Of a stretch of DNA of 64,000 nucleotides, positions 15,263-41,165 are shown one piece after another. The translations under genes and the position numbers were made by a program. A model generated the notes under the pieces. The model was given only the letters and a program-made list of their open reading frames with translations. It made no database searches and was not told the DNA's origin. Source of the stretch: Amoebidium appalachense (Eukaryota > Protista > Ichthyosporea); the NCBI GenBank assembly GCA_963693365.1, contig CAVNZM010000001.1, positions 2,310,907 through 2,374,906 on the forward strand, written 5' to 3'. Position 1 is the first letter of the stretch. Every line of letters starts with the position of its first letter.

Positions 15263-16507
15263 ACCTCCTGTCACTTCGACCTCAAACCTCAAACCCATCC
15301 CCTTGGCCCGGACAAGCCCCACACCCACACCCACACTACCGACAAACCGCCCCCTCCAAACACATTCACGGTGAAGACAAGACATGTAGAGACAGGCAAA
15401 CAGCACAGCAGAGAGATATTAGACTTTATGCACCAGACGGGTTTATAGAAAGCTCTCTCCCACCCACCCGCCCTCTTCCTTTACAATTTTCCCTCAAAAT
15501 GCAATCCTAGCTACACCTATTCGTGCACCTACCAGCAAAAGCATCCAGGCCGGGCAGGGGGCCCATTTGGCTGCACAGAATAGCGGCCACCTTGAACCAC
15601 GTGCGTGAATCCGGGGACACCCCATGGTCCACCATGATCCCCAACAAAACTGAGCAGTGGTCTTTTCCCTCCGGAACAGGGTTCAGTTCAATGACTTTCA
15701 GAACCCCGTTGAATAATCGCAGCCGGGTGGTATCTTCGTCGTACTTTCCATGCCCTTCCAGCGATTCACGCAGCAATGTCAGCGCCAACGTCACTCTCTC
15801 AGTGGCGGAAGCCTCCAGCGATTTCTGGCACGCCATGATTGCACCATATGCCAGACCCGGATCTAATGGTGAATATCGTAAAAACGGGTCTAAATACTCG
15901 CGAAAATCGTCCAACCGAATGCTTTTTGCCGAATAGAGCCACCTCCTTACGTCCCGTAGTGATGGATCCCCCTCGCCATGAAACGGCAACGATCGACGGG
16001 GCACGTACGGTCGCACCAGAAATGGTTTTCGATTTTTGTAAACATCCTCCTCCCATCGTTTCCTTCTGTCCTCCGTTCTGTGCCTACCGCTTTCTATGTG
16101 CAGGTCGCGATTCATTGGCGCCCCGGCGTGAAACGCGCACATAGGGGTTTTGTGTGGGTTGAACACACTGTGTGTTTTACTGTGCTTTGTATCTGCAATT
16201 CCATGAAGGCATGTAATCGGACTACGGGTTTGTGCTGGATTCTGGTGTGGGTGGCACGATTGCCCGTGGAAAATCGGTTGAACGGTGACATTGCTGTGGC
16301 AATGATGAGGTCTCACCAGAAGATGTGGGGACCGGATCTGCTTGTATGGTATTGGGATGTGTAGGAAAATGATCGTGTGTGTATGTGGGATGGGGAAGAG
16401 AAGGGAGAGAGGGGGGGACGGGAGGAGAGGGAAACGGGGGATGCTATCAGTCCGAATCGATATCGGTGATGGTACTTGGTAGAATTCTGCAGCCAGCAAA
16501 CTACTCC

Positions 16508-16542
<35 letters not shown>

Positions 16543-16800
16543 CTCCCCCGGCCGCCCCCGCTCTCCCCACCCCCATACCCTTACCCCCCCCCCCCTCCCT
16601 GCCCCTCCATCCCATATACCCACACATATCCGTCTACATCACTCCCCTTCTCCCTCCATGAATTGCGCGTTTTTAACATTTCCCTATCCTAAAAACGATA
16701 GGGGTGATAATGAAATCCATGGCTTCCACTAGTAGCATCCTTTCATCCCCTTCATTCCCCTTCTCCTCCGTCTCCCCCCAACCTTTATACCAACCTCTCG

Positions 16801-16867
<67 letters not shown>

Positions 16868-17246
16868 TGTGTGTATGTGTGTGTGTGTCGCTCTCTCTCT
16901 CTTCCTCACCCCCCAACCTCGCCTCCCTGTCCACCTCCCCCACCTCCCCCTTCCCCCCCCCCCCCCCCTTCCCTCCCATATCCACACCCCTCTTCCGCCT
17001 ACTCCCTCCCTCCCTCCACTGCCTCACCTGCATCCCTCCCCTTCTTTCTCACAACCACCCCGTTGCAGCTTTCCATGAAACTAATGCGTGTATCTCCACA
17101 TAAAAATAAGTGCCACATGCCCTCACACAACCCAAACATACCTGGATATTGGCAGTTTTGGAAGGCGAGGGGACATGGTCACCCCTCTTCTGACACATGG
17201 CTGCCAGCGCGCGTATACGGGCCCAGGACAGGCCCCGGCACGACAT
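265..17246 (-). CDS. Large pentatricopeptide-repeat (PPR) protein with probable mitochondrial presequence; multi-exon, 3' end probably beyond the window start
   Basis: GT-AG exons with consistent phases: 17246-17142, 16337-15533, 13999-13747, 13230-12869, 12299-12195, 10898-10753, 10162-9950, 9058-8966, 8353-8143, 7465-7344, 6777-6647, 6179-5956, 5359-5256, 2249-2142 (2982 nt, 994 codons, in frame). Tentative further exons at 1583-1542 and 318-265. PPR-like motifs include [58 protein letters not shown] and [21 protein letters not shown]. The N-terminus [17 protein letters not shown] is Arg-rich with no acidic residues. Confidence 0.88.
767..1361 (-). mobile_element. Poly(C)-embedded non-autonomous retroelement-like repeat, subfamily A, about 595 bp copy
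   Basis: Near-identical to 9222-9594, 42596-43191 and 43522-43802. Flanked by G-runs on both sides on the + strand. The minus-strand end is ...GACGCATTCAAA-CCCC. Confidence 0.8.
1389..1508 (-). mobile_element. Poly(C)-embedded repeat, diverged subfamily D, about 120 bp fragment
   Basis: The minus strand ends ...AACGCATTCTAT-CCCC and carries TGGGACCACCCTGGGAAAGGGCTTTCCTTATGA, which aligns with the TGGGCCCTCCCTGAGGATGGGCTCTGCTTATGA motif of subfamily B. It lies between two G-runs directly beside copy 767-1361. Confidence 0.6.
2330..2476. repeat. (GCAC)n tetranucleotide microsatellite; similar arrays at about 10370-10463 and 62935-63068
   Basis: Direct inspection of the sequence. Confidence 0.95.
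2660..4277. mobile_element. Possible non-autonomous DNA transposon (Kolobok-like termini) in a PPR intron
   Basis: A microsatellite-free, AT-richer 1.6 kb block bounded by TTAA-GGTGGAG (2656-2666) and CTCCGCC-TTAT (4271-4281). The inverted termini are short and imperfect, and no transposase is visible. Confidence 0.35.
4546..5018. mobile_element. PIF/Harbinger (Tourist-like) MITE
   Basis: Terminal inverted repeats GGGCGTGTTTGGCAGC / GCTGCCAAACACGCCC with a TAA target-site duplication at 4543-4545 and 5019-5021. An internal partial TIR copy lies near 4924, along with repeated TATCGTG motifs. Confidence 0.85.
8006..8059 (-). mobile_element. Very short fragment of the poly(C)-embedded repeat family
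   Basis: GAGTGCGTCACAGAGTATGAAGTAC matches the subfamily A terminus GAATGCGTCAAAAAGTACGAAGTAC, and the fragment lies between two G-runs. Confidence 0.5.
9222..9594 (-). mobile_element. Poly(C)-embedded repeat, subfamily A, 5'-truncated copy of about 373 bp
   Basis: Same terminus as 767-1361. It breaks off at ...CTTCCCT|GGGG where the longer copies continue CTTCCCTGGCTAAC. Confidence 0.8.
14439..14632 (-). mobile_element. Poly(C)-embedded repeat, subfamily B, about 195 bp
   Basis: Terminus TTTTGAATGCGGAACACAGTACGAAGTAC and shared motif ATAAGCAGAGCCCATCCTCAGGGAGGGCCCAAGTCATC...GAGTTTCGACC. G-runs flank both sides. Homologous to 33690-33810. Confidence 0.75.
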
Positions 17247-19070
17247 CCCCCTCCCTTAGCCCTTGTCTGGTAGGATGTCCATTTGACCTTGGTGCCACGT
17301 GCAGGGAGTGAGTGAGAGTCTCTGCCTTGGAGCTATCAGAATGCTTCGGTTGGACAAGCACGTGTCACCCAATGAAAGATTAGAATTTACGAGCAGATGG
17401 GCGTGCTTGCACCGGAAACCCTCTACTTGGAATGCGAAGATGATATCTCGAGGGTTTACGCCGACAAAGCGACCAAAACTGCCAAGTGGCGATCACCTGT
17501 TGTTAATTGACCTTCAGCAGGTTCCTCTCACAATAAAAGAAGGTCGAGAATCATTGCAGATGACAAGATGTCGAAAATATCGCTAACCTCAAAGAAACTT
17601 ATGCTCTACTTAATTTCAATATATCTGTCAGTATAAAACCTTATAACTAGACTAGCAATACCGTAACAGGAACTAATCTTTGAGTGATGCCATGACCCTT
17701 CAGCACTTCACAGCAGGCCCGGAGCTCGTGCCACAAGTTAGCATGCGGCGTCGACGGCCAGCCTGGCAGCCTGGCGTAGGGCCTGGCGTGCCTTGCACTT
17801 TTGCTCTGAAATGCGTTCACTCTCAGGCATGGACCTTCGGCAATTAAATCTGACTAGAATGACGTCACATGCTATTAAGAGACTGCCTGGCACCGGGCCA
17901 TCGCGTGGGCTTCAAGTTTTTGCCCAGCAGGCTAAACCGTTACACTCAACCGTGACCCACGCTCGCAACTTAGCGAAGCCGAAACCAAAATAAAAGCAAA
18001 CACGCAAGGCATTCATTTCTTCTCTCTCAATCAGTTGCACGAATCTGCACCTCCCTCCGTGCAACCCACCCTCTCTCCACGCGGCCACCACCAGGCCACC
18101 CGGTTCTGATACGTAGGGCTACCTTTCCCGTAGCAAGCGTTATGTACACACACGTGAATGTGTACACAAGCACACGAACGCAGTTGTCTGGCGTGGCAAC
18201 CGTTTGGCCAAACATGGTCTACGTGGCGTTGCTAAAATAGCGAAAAACAACCGGTTTACTCAGACACGTGTAAAATCAGACATAACGGGGAGATGTGCTC
18301 GGGGCGAGGTGGGCCGGGGGGGGGGGGGGGGGGGGGAGAGGAGGGGGAGAGGGGGGGGATCAACGTCACGTTGCACAGTGGAGGGGGAGCCAGGGGGAGG
18401 GTGGGGGAGGGAGGGCCGGGTACAGGTTATAGTGCTCAGGAGTACGGGACCATACCTACCATGATAGCGATAAAAACAGTTCATGTGCACCGTTGCATAT
18501 GCATGCTCATGACTATCGATTGGTGTGTGTTAATTAAAGCATCATCGGAGTTTGGCACGTCCCTCATTCAGAAAATCCGACCATGCATGCGTGCCAATGC
18601 CATACTATATAAATATGCTGGTGCAGTCAAATAAAAACACGTCGCGCACGCATTCTTAGACTGAATCACCATCAACGTAATTCCCGCAACGGATTGAACA
18701 TATGTAAACAATCATTGTGCACGCGGCGTGTGTGTATGTTTTGTGAGGACCTCACACAGCAGTGCAACTTTCACCACAGGCTAATGGCATGTGCAGATGT
18801 ACAGGTAGGAAGGGCCGGTAAACGCGGTGTCCATGGCTCTGGAGCTGGAGGAAGAGGAAAGGGCGCAGGGGCTGAAGCTGGAGGAAGAGGAGAGGGCGCA
18901 GGGGGGCTGGCAATGACTTGCAATGCCTGGACGTGAGGTATACCTGCCTGACACCTGACAAGTACGTGCCTGCCGGGGCCTTACCGGTACGTACGGACAA
19001 TCTCATCTAAGCAGGGGTCACTTACACAGGTTGTTTTCTACTAGTAGCCGACGTGTGCCTCAGATAACTC

Positions 19071-19300
19071 CGTAGGCTGAATCTGAGTCAAAAGCAACCC
19101 GGACAAGCATGTTAAAAAAAATCCGTAGTCTGAATCTGAGTCAAAAGCAACCCGGACAAGCATGTGAAAAAAGTCAATGGAGAAAGCACCACATGCCTTG
19201 GGCACGTGCAAAGAAGAAGGCACCGCTGTATTTAAACTTGTGTAAGCGTCCCATGCCTCGGGCACGTGCAAAGAAGAAGGCACCACTGCTTTTAAACATG
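19071..19300. repeat. Two adjacent 2-copy tandem repeats (about 52 bp and 60 bp units)
   Basis: CCGTAG(G/T)CTGAATCTGAGTCAAAAGCAACCCGGACAAGCATGT occurs twice, followed by CATGCCT(T/C)GGGCACGTGCAAAGAAGAAGGCACC twice. Confidence 0.9.
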
Positions 19301-20224
19301 TTCACGTAATTTTTTTTTGCGTCGCCGAGGGGTTGACAGCCACTCAAAGAGAGACGATATACGCAACAGATACAGCATTCTTTAGCATACGTACAATATT
19401 TAGCGCGTGAGACATTGCACAGGCGTCAATACACAAAGAGTTTACGTACAAAAAAAACAACGTTCTTCGACTGATCATAAGCGTTCAGAAAAACTTTTCG
19501 TTCGGTACTTTCATAACAGCCAAGAAAATGCTATTTGCATATTATTGTTCTGGTTCCAAGAACCCGTGCTGCCCAAAGCTCAACATCTTGTTTGCGAGTT
19601 AAACACCGGACAGCTTCCTGTGTAGCAACGCCCTTTTGGCCCAGGGACGCGGGAACTTACGCACGAACGCACGGTTGCTTCTGCGTTATAACACGACGTC
19701 CGCTTGACATGACAAAGGAGAGAGCACGTTGCTGAAAGCGGCAGACACACGCCCTCCGAGCGCAGAGGAGGACCCCCCACGAGAAACAGCAGGCAGGGTA
19801 AGACTGAACCCTTGCTGAATGGTGATGGTTAACACGAGGAGGAACACAGCGAAGAAGGAGTTGTTGCAACCATGCTTCACCATCGCTCGTGTCGAACGGA
19901 ACTTTTTGGGAAAGAGGGGAGAATTATTTCTTTGGCTTATGCCAACAGCATCTCCCAGAGACGACTGCGTCACTCTATATACATCAGTATCTGAAGCGGT
20001 GTAAAGAAAAGCATGGACGAGAACTTGATTGTACATTGATCAGCAATAAGTTAGGATATAAGAGAACATAAATTACTCTGTAAAGATGAACAAATAAGTA
20101 TTTGATGCATCAATAACTGCTAAGAAATTTTAGAATCCGCTAATTATATGTAAAATGTAGGAAAAATTTGATTGTTTTACTAGCATTTATCAAATAGGAT
20201 CTGTGGCTCGCGTAAATAGTTTGC

Positions 20225-21135
20225 CCTACTCCACTGGCTTTTTTGATGAAATATTTTTACATGATATTCTATCAATCGCTAAGCTCTTGTATAAAACGCC
20301 TCTAATGGTTGGTGGATAAGCTGACGAAGGAGGCGGCTCAGGCGAATCATAATGTACAGGGTATGTATGCCTAGTGTTAGTTGTGGGAGAACGATTCCAT
20401 GGTCCAATCAGGATTGTCTCATCTGTGGGGTGTATTAATCTGTTAAGTTTCGCTGTCCCTATTAATTATGACGACCTGATTTACATCAGTTATTAAACGT
20501 ATAAATACAATTCACACATATATTTATAATTTTTGTGATAGAAATGTATTCCTCAATCTCTGATCTACCATTAAAGACATTTCAAGAGGTTAAATGTTAA
20601 AATTAAATAATAAGCTAACAGATGAAGAAAATGTATGACTGTATGCTAGGAGGTTTAGGAAGAAAACAATTTTAGTTTTGACGATACTGGCGAATCACAG
20701 CATCGTTTTTAATTTACGAGTGTACTCGTAACCAATGAGTCGCTTTTGCTAAGTCTGACAGTCACAAACCCCCAGACTTCGTGTAATACCCGTAGAAACT
20801 TCAACCCCCCTTCCAACTTTGTGACAAATTTTGGTTCAATCTGCTTTGATCAATTGACTAGCCAGTAGTAAGGGTACTGATTATGAGGAATCGAGTTTAA
20901 AACCCTGTATAAACTCAAGAATTTTTATATTCTTAATACTTTTGAAAATAAAATTTAATAGCACTTCTGAACCGGCAATCACTAAAAGATTTGCATGCCA
21001 TCTGCAGATTCCAAAATTTAATATGCTGCGGGGCGCGGTGTCTAAGGAGAATGTCCTTGGTGCCCATGCTCAGTTTTGCTGTGATTTCAGTGATGATTAA
21101 GTTACAATCTGGATGGTGTTGAGTCCCACCTTGAT
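20225..21135 (-). pseudogene. Possible decayed multi-exon gene or TE remnant in an AT-rich island
   Basis: Three exon-like segments follow YAG acceptors (NQGGTQHHPDC..., VLNSIPHNQYPYYWLVN*SKQIEPKF...VWGL*LSDL..., LIHPTDETILIGPW...). The middle one has two in-frame TGA codons. No family recognised. Confidence 0.25.
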
Positions 21136-22877
21136 TCTGCAGATATCGAAAGCTTACACGTATGAAATATACATATATATAAAATGTTATAACACTATCA
21201 GCTACGGATACTCTGCTAATTGCAAACAACTTGTTTAACTCATTATCTCGCAACCACAGTACTGATATGATAAGCATCGTCGCCCGGGCAGAATTTAGCC
21301 AATCAAATCGTTGATAGACTGCTGGCGCGAATTTTGAATTGCGCGGGTTGACTGTCCTGAGTCACGAGTCGCAAGTGTCGTGACCAATTTACGGGGATGT
21401 GAAACACGGAGCAAGACCACTGACTACTGTATATAAAATAAATGGCTCGTTTACAAAGATGAGTGAGTGTTCCAACTTATTTTAAAGAACTGACCTCTAT
21501 AGACACGATTCTGCGCTCTCCGTGAGTTCATAGCTCAAATGAGTTCATAGCTCAACTTGTAGGCCCTTACCATCCAGATCCGGATGAACACTCACAGACC
21601 GTTCTTCCTTTGCGCAGTGTTATGTGATTCACCCTGCAAATTTAGAGACGAAGGGTTTAAGTATGGAGCCCGCACCCTTTACCTTGCCCGCTCTCGTGCC
21701 TCTCAACTCACCTTCCCCGTTTTCGTGCCTCTCAATTCCTTCTGATTCTCTAGCCCTTGGTTAGGTCCCGGCCTTCCTAGTTCTCACATCTCTTACCCGA
21801 TAGGATCCAACGGCAATAAGGAAAACGAGGGTTGGCGGCTACAGGAGGGGCGTCTCGAATGCCCGAATCCGAATTCCTTTGCCCACCCGGCGGTTCAAAA
21901 TGAAACTGCCGGTGTGGCGTGTTTGGGCTCAAAGGAGGTGGGTAGTGTTGTTATTAACAACACTTGTATTGTTTGAAAGGGTTTGTATTATACAGGGTTT
22001 TGTGAGTGTGTTTGAAGGGATAACGGTGGCCTTACAATTCTCGGCGGCGGAAACATGTGATAAGGTCAATAGACAACTCCGGGGATCTATCAAGCATGAG
22101 GATTCATCGGCAGGTGACAGTTCCTGAAACTAGGGACGGCATCACTCAGGAAGAGTGAAACCTGATAACCCAAACAGCAGGCCTTGTTGTGCGGTAAGAG
22201 GTGTATGAGGAAAGCGAGAGGAAGGAGCGAGATTGGAGCTGCAGTTTTTTTGCACGGGTTCACACATCAGGCTTTTTGGGGACTGTTACAGAGAGTGTGC
22301 AGCCTGAGAGAAGGGTAGAGACAAACTTCATCCGGAAAGTGTGGGTGGGGGAAATGGGGGGAAAGCCCATGGGCAATGTCCGACCCGAATCTTTGATACG
22401 GTGAAAAGAGCTGCCCGAGGAAAAGGAGGAGAATTGAGTTATGGTTGTTGTTGGGCCCTGCAGAAAGCTCTTTCTCTCCCTGCCTCTCTTTTCTCCCCCT
22501 TCTTCCCCCCCACCCCACCCACCCGCCCACCTGCCCACCCGCCTTCGCTCATCTCTTATCACTTGTCTTGCTCTCACTCCCCCCCCCCCCCCCCCCCCCA
22601 TCCTTCCCTAACCCTTCGTCCCACCTTTCCTCCATCAACCTCTCCTTCTCCTCCCTTTCCAACTCTCGCTCCTACTCTCTCTCCCCCCCCCCTCCTCCCC
22701 CCCTTCCTCCTCTGGCCCCTGCCTCCCTCACCCCCACCCCACCCCACCCCCACCCCCAACACCGCCACCACCACACTCATCACTAACCACCTTGATGTGT
22801 TAGAATGCCGTTATTTGTTCACTTGCATGGTTTGATGTGTGGTCTCGCTGTTCTGATTTCATGTCTCGCCCTAGCAG

Positions 22878-30913
<8,036 letters not shown>

Positions 30914-31655
30914 ATGCCTACCGGGCAAAGAGGGCTGCGAAGGGCGCCAACAAGTTCCTTTGGCTGAACTCAAGCACATCATACGAATTGATTGGTTTGT
31001 TTATTATAACTTTTTATGACAGTGTATGCAGATTCATGGGAGCGCTTGGGAATCTGTAGTCGGAAGCAGTCATGTCCTGGCAGCAGGTTATAACCGATTA
31101 AAATAATAGGCATGAATCTTTGTCTGATATTGCTACCAATAGCTTCTTTGTGAAGTAACATCATCGTTATAATTCATCGTGAATGTTGTTTCCTCCTTCC
31201 CCTAGAGTTGTTAGGCAAGTGCATACAAGTTTTGGTGATGAAAGTGCCTGCTGTGTACGGGGTGGAGGCCGCTGATAATAGTTAGAGCAGTTGTGCTATG
31301 AGAACAGACCCGACCGTGAATGCTGGAATAAACAAAGGCTGCTCTCAACAAATGTAAACGTGTGCACATGGCAGAAAAATGAAAACGGTAAATTGTCTCA
31401 CTCCTTTGTGTTGGAGCCGCGCCTACTTCGGCGCCGTGACTTTGGGCGCTCCGATTGGTTCCGAATTTCAATGTACACATTCCTATTGGCTCGATACGCA
31501 CCGTCCAAAATTTTGAGTCCAGCGATTGAAAGCTCCTACACAGCTAGTGACACTTACTAAGCTGTTCACTTCAGCAGTGTGCTTGTAGGCAGTCGCACCG
31601 GTTTTCTGCGTAATAATATCATATTCTGCTGTTGGAGAACACATAGCTGCTGAAA

Positions 31656-36142
<4,487 letters not shown>

Positions 36143-37198
36143 CAGCATGCGGGCTAGAGGGTTTGAATGTGTCCTTGATGTGTTGTGTTGCAATGATTCA
36201 CATTTCAAAGTGACGACTTAACGAACTAATCATATTAGGATGTGATTTGCTAAGGTGGAATGCATTTGTTGCGATGTGGCTCCTGTGCACATGTGTTAGG
36301 ATGTGATCGGCACACGTGCCCCGGCTTTACGCTTTTTCGATTTTGGGCAGTTGCCTTATATGGGTAATCCGCTTCGTAGAAGGCATATGCATTGCTACGA
36401 CGTACGAGTTTATTATGAGCAAAGTGTGTGACCATGTGTTTCCTCTAAGATTGCGAATGGTATCCAGGTACTCTTTATGCATACTCTGAGCATAAGTCAG
36501 CTGAATGAGTCTCGGGTTTCCCCCCCCTTTTTTTATTTTTGGTCGACGACGCCGATGAAAGTAGCACAGCCAACGGGCCTTACAAATAGGCTATAAGTAC
36601 ACCAAGTGCCTTTACATGCCACACTTTATTCATTGCAGTTGCCATAGTAAGTACAAACTCAATATGTGCAATACTACGTATGCTTTGATGCCCCTAAATC
36701 CTGAGAAAAAAAGCTGGACTTTTCCAAGACTTTAAAAAACACTGGATATTGTGACCACCCTAACTATCGGATCCCATGATAACGGCAAACCCCCTATGTC
36801 GTCATTCATATATTTAAGACCTTCCTAGATTTTCATACAGAGCGGTTGCTCGCAATCGCCCAAATCTCCAAATTTATATTTCTGCCCGCGTAGCACTGCC
36901 CCTAGGCCTATGCAAGGCTTCATATGACATGGATACCTCAACCTAAGCCTACCCCTAAAATCTGAGATTCAAATCCGAAGCCATATTCTGCAGTGCTCGG
37001 TTTATCTCTCCATTTTCATCGTCGATTTGGCCCAGCAGTGAATTTATGTCTTGGGCCGATGGCATGCCCTGACCCCCCAGCATCAACCCCCCGTAGTTGT
37101 CTCTTGCCTGGCCGTATGCCATGTTGGGCTCCATGCCAAGCCCTGCAACACTGCAGAGAGAGAATGGGGGCTATTAGCATCGAAATTTCGGGATCTTT

Positions 37199-37230
<32 letters not shown>

Positions 37231-37306
37231 TTCAATTAGGAGGTGGATGTGAGAAGGGCAGTGGTGGTGGCAAAGGTGAGGATCGGATGGATGGGAGTCC
37301 AACAAA

Positions 37307-37386
<80 letters not shown>

Positions 37387-38921
37387 CTGTGCGGAAATTC
37401 TTTCTATTCGAAACGAGCATCTGAACTGCAAATTTAAATTAAGGAATATGGGTGTGAGTGTGTCTGGACATATGACGGGTGGTTGGCGTACACAGCATGG
37501 GCGGGGGTCTCTCCCTGCATGCATGTCTGTTGAGGTATTACCCAAACTTAAAAGACGTCTCCGACCTTTAAGCCAAATTCCGTAATTTGACCAGCTGGAG
37601 TCCGGTATTTCAATGCCGGCAAAAACCATAATAAAAACACACAAATATATCAAAGCTAAAAAATAGTTGCTGTATACATGTATCAAAAACCTAATTGATC
37701 AAAAAGTATTGATTATTATTAGCATAAAAAACCCAAAACGGCTGTCCCAAAAGGCACCCGCGACGCACGTACGTGAAGAGTACGTGTCGGGGCGCTAAAT
37801 TGTGGAACAGAATATGCAATTATCCGACGGTTTCGTGAGCGAATCACAAAAAAATGGGTGCCGCAATCAATATTTCGGTATAAATATTCATAACGTTTAC
37901 AACCAACGATGGAACGCTCATTTAATGAGAAAAATCGGCAAGAACTTCAAAAACAGTTTCCGGCTATGATTGGCCATTTAACGTCCTCATTTTTTACCAC
38001 ACAGCGTTTACCAATCGTTAGTGGGGCCAGTGCAGAGGGGACCCATCACCGGCTAGCTCTTGAAGAGCTAATCACAGCGAATCAAAACACAGGAAAATGT
38101 ATGTTTGTGGACCCCCTTGACCCCGGTTGTGGACCCCCCTTGACCCCCGTTTATTTCAAACACCATATAAGTTAAACGCTGGCCGCTGGCGGAAGCTGCC
38201 TTGCGCGGGTTTGAACCGGCCAAAAAAGAGAGCTTGAAAGAAAAGAGAGTTTTCATAGTCTAGAATTCACCCAACTTCTTTTCTACCATCCGTACTGTCA
38301 CCTTCCACCGGCGCCCGCGCATTGCCACCTAAAAGAGTTTCTAGAATCTAGATAGATTTCAGACACCAGCTGGCAGACCCCCAGCTGCAGCTAATATTAC
38401 TTTTCTACCCGGCATACCATGCATGATCACCGCGCAGCGGGCGACCAGACCTACATGAAGCTGGGGTTCAGACACCACACCAATAGACTAATTATCAGTA
38501 GACCGCAGCTTCAGTTGGCGCCCGCGCAGCACAGACCCACTTGTAAGTATCCATGACTGGTTGTGTGTGTGTGTAACCGGTGCAACCTTGCAGTGGCTGT
38601 GTGCATGTGTCTGCATAAACAACACCATTTGTGTAATCCTAACGTAACCCACGGGCGCAACAAATTGTGCCCATGCACCACATATTAGTTATTTGTTTGT
38701 TTTGCTTGTGCCTGTGGGTTTGCGGGTGTCATGTGTGTGTTCGGTGCGGTGTGCTGCTGTGTATGATAAGTGCATGTGCCTTGTGTGTTACAAAACTTCA
38801 CAGGAAGGCTAAAGAGGGGCTGTACCTTGATGTGCTGCTGTGTAGGTCCGCCATGCTGAGCTCCTGCTTGATCTACAACCACCCAGACTGGAATTAGCAC
38901 AAATAACATTTCAAAAAAGCA

Positions 38922-38967
<46 letters not shown>

Positions 38968-39475
38968 CCTGCGCGGTGTCTCTTGCCTATAGGTTACTTT
39001 TGCATGTTCGGTTTAACTTTTTAGTCTCCAAGAAGGGGAAGGGGGGAGGGGGGGGTCTCTTCCCTGTAACGTGATGTTGGGACCAATCATCAAATCCATT
39101 CAACATCTGGGCATGTCGACACGATACATGCGAAGGCCTTGGCAAAGCATGGGTGTGTGTATAACGAGCACAATGCTCCTCATACGAACCGATACAAGTA
39201 CATATCTGAACTTTGCATCGAAACATGGCGCTTTAAAGGAAAGAACTCCTTCCTACCTACCTATGATGCTCACCTACCTCCCTCCCAACCTACCCTCCTC
39301 CTCCCCACCCCCACCCCCCCAACCCCACCCCCCCCTCCCCCTCTCCACCCACACCTTCCCACCCACAAAAAAAGAAATGAAGAAGAAGAAATAAAAGAGA
39401 GGAAAACAACAAACATCCTATCTTATGAGAAAGGGTGCACTCACCAGCGCCGGTGCCGACAAGGATGTAACGTCA

Positions 39476-39956
39476 TCATTGTAGGCTTGCCTCCCCGTCC
39501 AGTAGGCCGAAATCCATCATGGGCTGCTGGGCCATTGCATTTTGGGTCGATAGTGTGGAGCTGCCCAGCCCTGCCAAAAAGGACATGACGTCAGCACGTG
39601 TGGGGTATAAGGACAGAAATAAGGCGTTCCTATGCACTTGACGTTCAATGCGGCATGCCTATCCTGCAGCGTCCTCATGGAAAGTTCAAGCAACCTCCCC
39701 CCCTCCCCCCTCCACCCCTTCCCCTCCCACCCCCCCTTCCCTTCCCCCCTCCCTCCCCCCACCTGTCGCGGCAGCGCCAGCGTTACTAATATGACACTAG
39801 TAACTTGGCACACCAAAAAGCACCCCCGCCACCCCCCCCCCCCCCCCCCCCCCCGGCTCCCCCTTCCCCTCTCCCCGGGGGGTTACATTTGAACAGAAAA
39901 AATCTGAGGTTATCATCCAGACAGTATGCAAAATGAACGACGATTTCAGTGGCGGG

Positions 39957-39995
<39 letters not shown>

Positions 39996-40095
39996 GTGTG
40001 GTGCCAACCATGCCACCACACAACAGAAGCATGGTAAACGAGAGGTGGCATGCCCACGTAAATATACGCACATGACGAAAAGAGGTGCAGTAAAA

Positions 40096-40143
<48 letters not shown>

Positions 40144-40351
40144 AAGAATGCGGAACAGGTTACGAGGCACACCTACACGACGAGAAACACGGTGCCGGAC
40201 CACATGCAAAGAAAACATGTCAGCATCCAACTTCAGCAACCCTGGCAGTATCTTACAACAGCAGAACCCATCCTCAGGGGGCACCCATGTCATTATCTCA
40301 TCGTCCGCAAATGTGGGGGTGGACGGGTGGGCGGCGGCCTGGGTGGGGGAA

Positions 40352-40384
<33 letters not shown>

Positions 40385-41067
40385 TGTGCACCTTGCTGCT
40401 GGGGCAGATACATGTTGCCCCCGCCGGCAATCACCACCGGAGCAGAAACCCTCCTGTTGAGGGGCGTCCCCGCAGACTCCACCAAAAACGCGGGGGTCAC
40501 GGGCCCAGACCCCATTGCGGGGGGTTGCAGGCCCCCACTACCACTCATGATCCCCCCGTTACCTGTATTTCCCGTGCTGTTTATGAGAAGTGAGTCTAAA
40601 AATGCGTGTAATTGCGCTGTGTTGGGGTTTTCAGTTACGCCCCCGCTGACGCCTGTAGGGGTGCCGCCGTAAGTGAAGACGTTTGGTTTGAGCTCGCCTG
40701 AAAAGTGGTTAAAACCCCCCTGATCCAACATGGCCTGCTCCAGGTTTGTATATGACTGCTGGGGGGATAGCGCCTGTTCAACAGACGTAAATGAGTCAAC
40801 AGGCGAAAGAACCCCACCGCTCCGCTGGTCGAAACTGAACGTAGGGATCCCCCCACTGATAGAGTGACGGGGGGATTTCTGCACACCATTTTCGATAAAA
40901 CCCCCTTGATCCACCTGATTTACTGCTTGTTGTGGTCGGGGCACAGGCAGGGATAGGCGCCTCTGCATGCTGGTCTTATCCGGCACGGTGAGGGTGATGC
41001 TGTCCGTGCTGATGTCCAGTATGCCCCCAGAGTCTGTAGCCTGTGTGTGTGTGTGTGTGTGGGAGAA

Positions 41068-41098
<31 letters not shown>

Positions 41099-41119
41099 GG
41101 GGAGGGGGGCATGTGTGGG

Positions 41120-41165
<46 letters not shown>

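Noticed and set aside
19071-19300. CRISPR-like repeats
   Set aside because: Only two copies per unit, no unique spacers, no cas genes, and a eukaryotic context.
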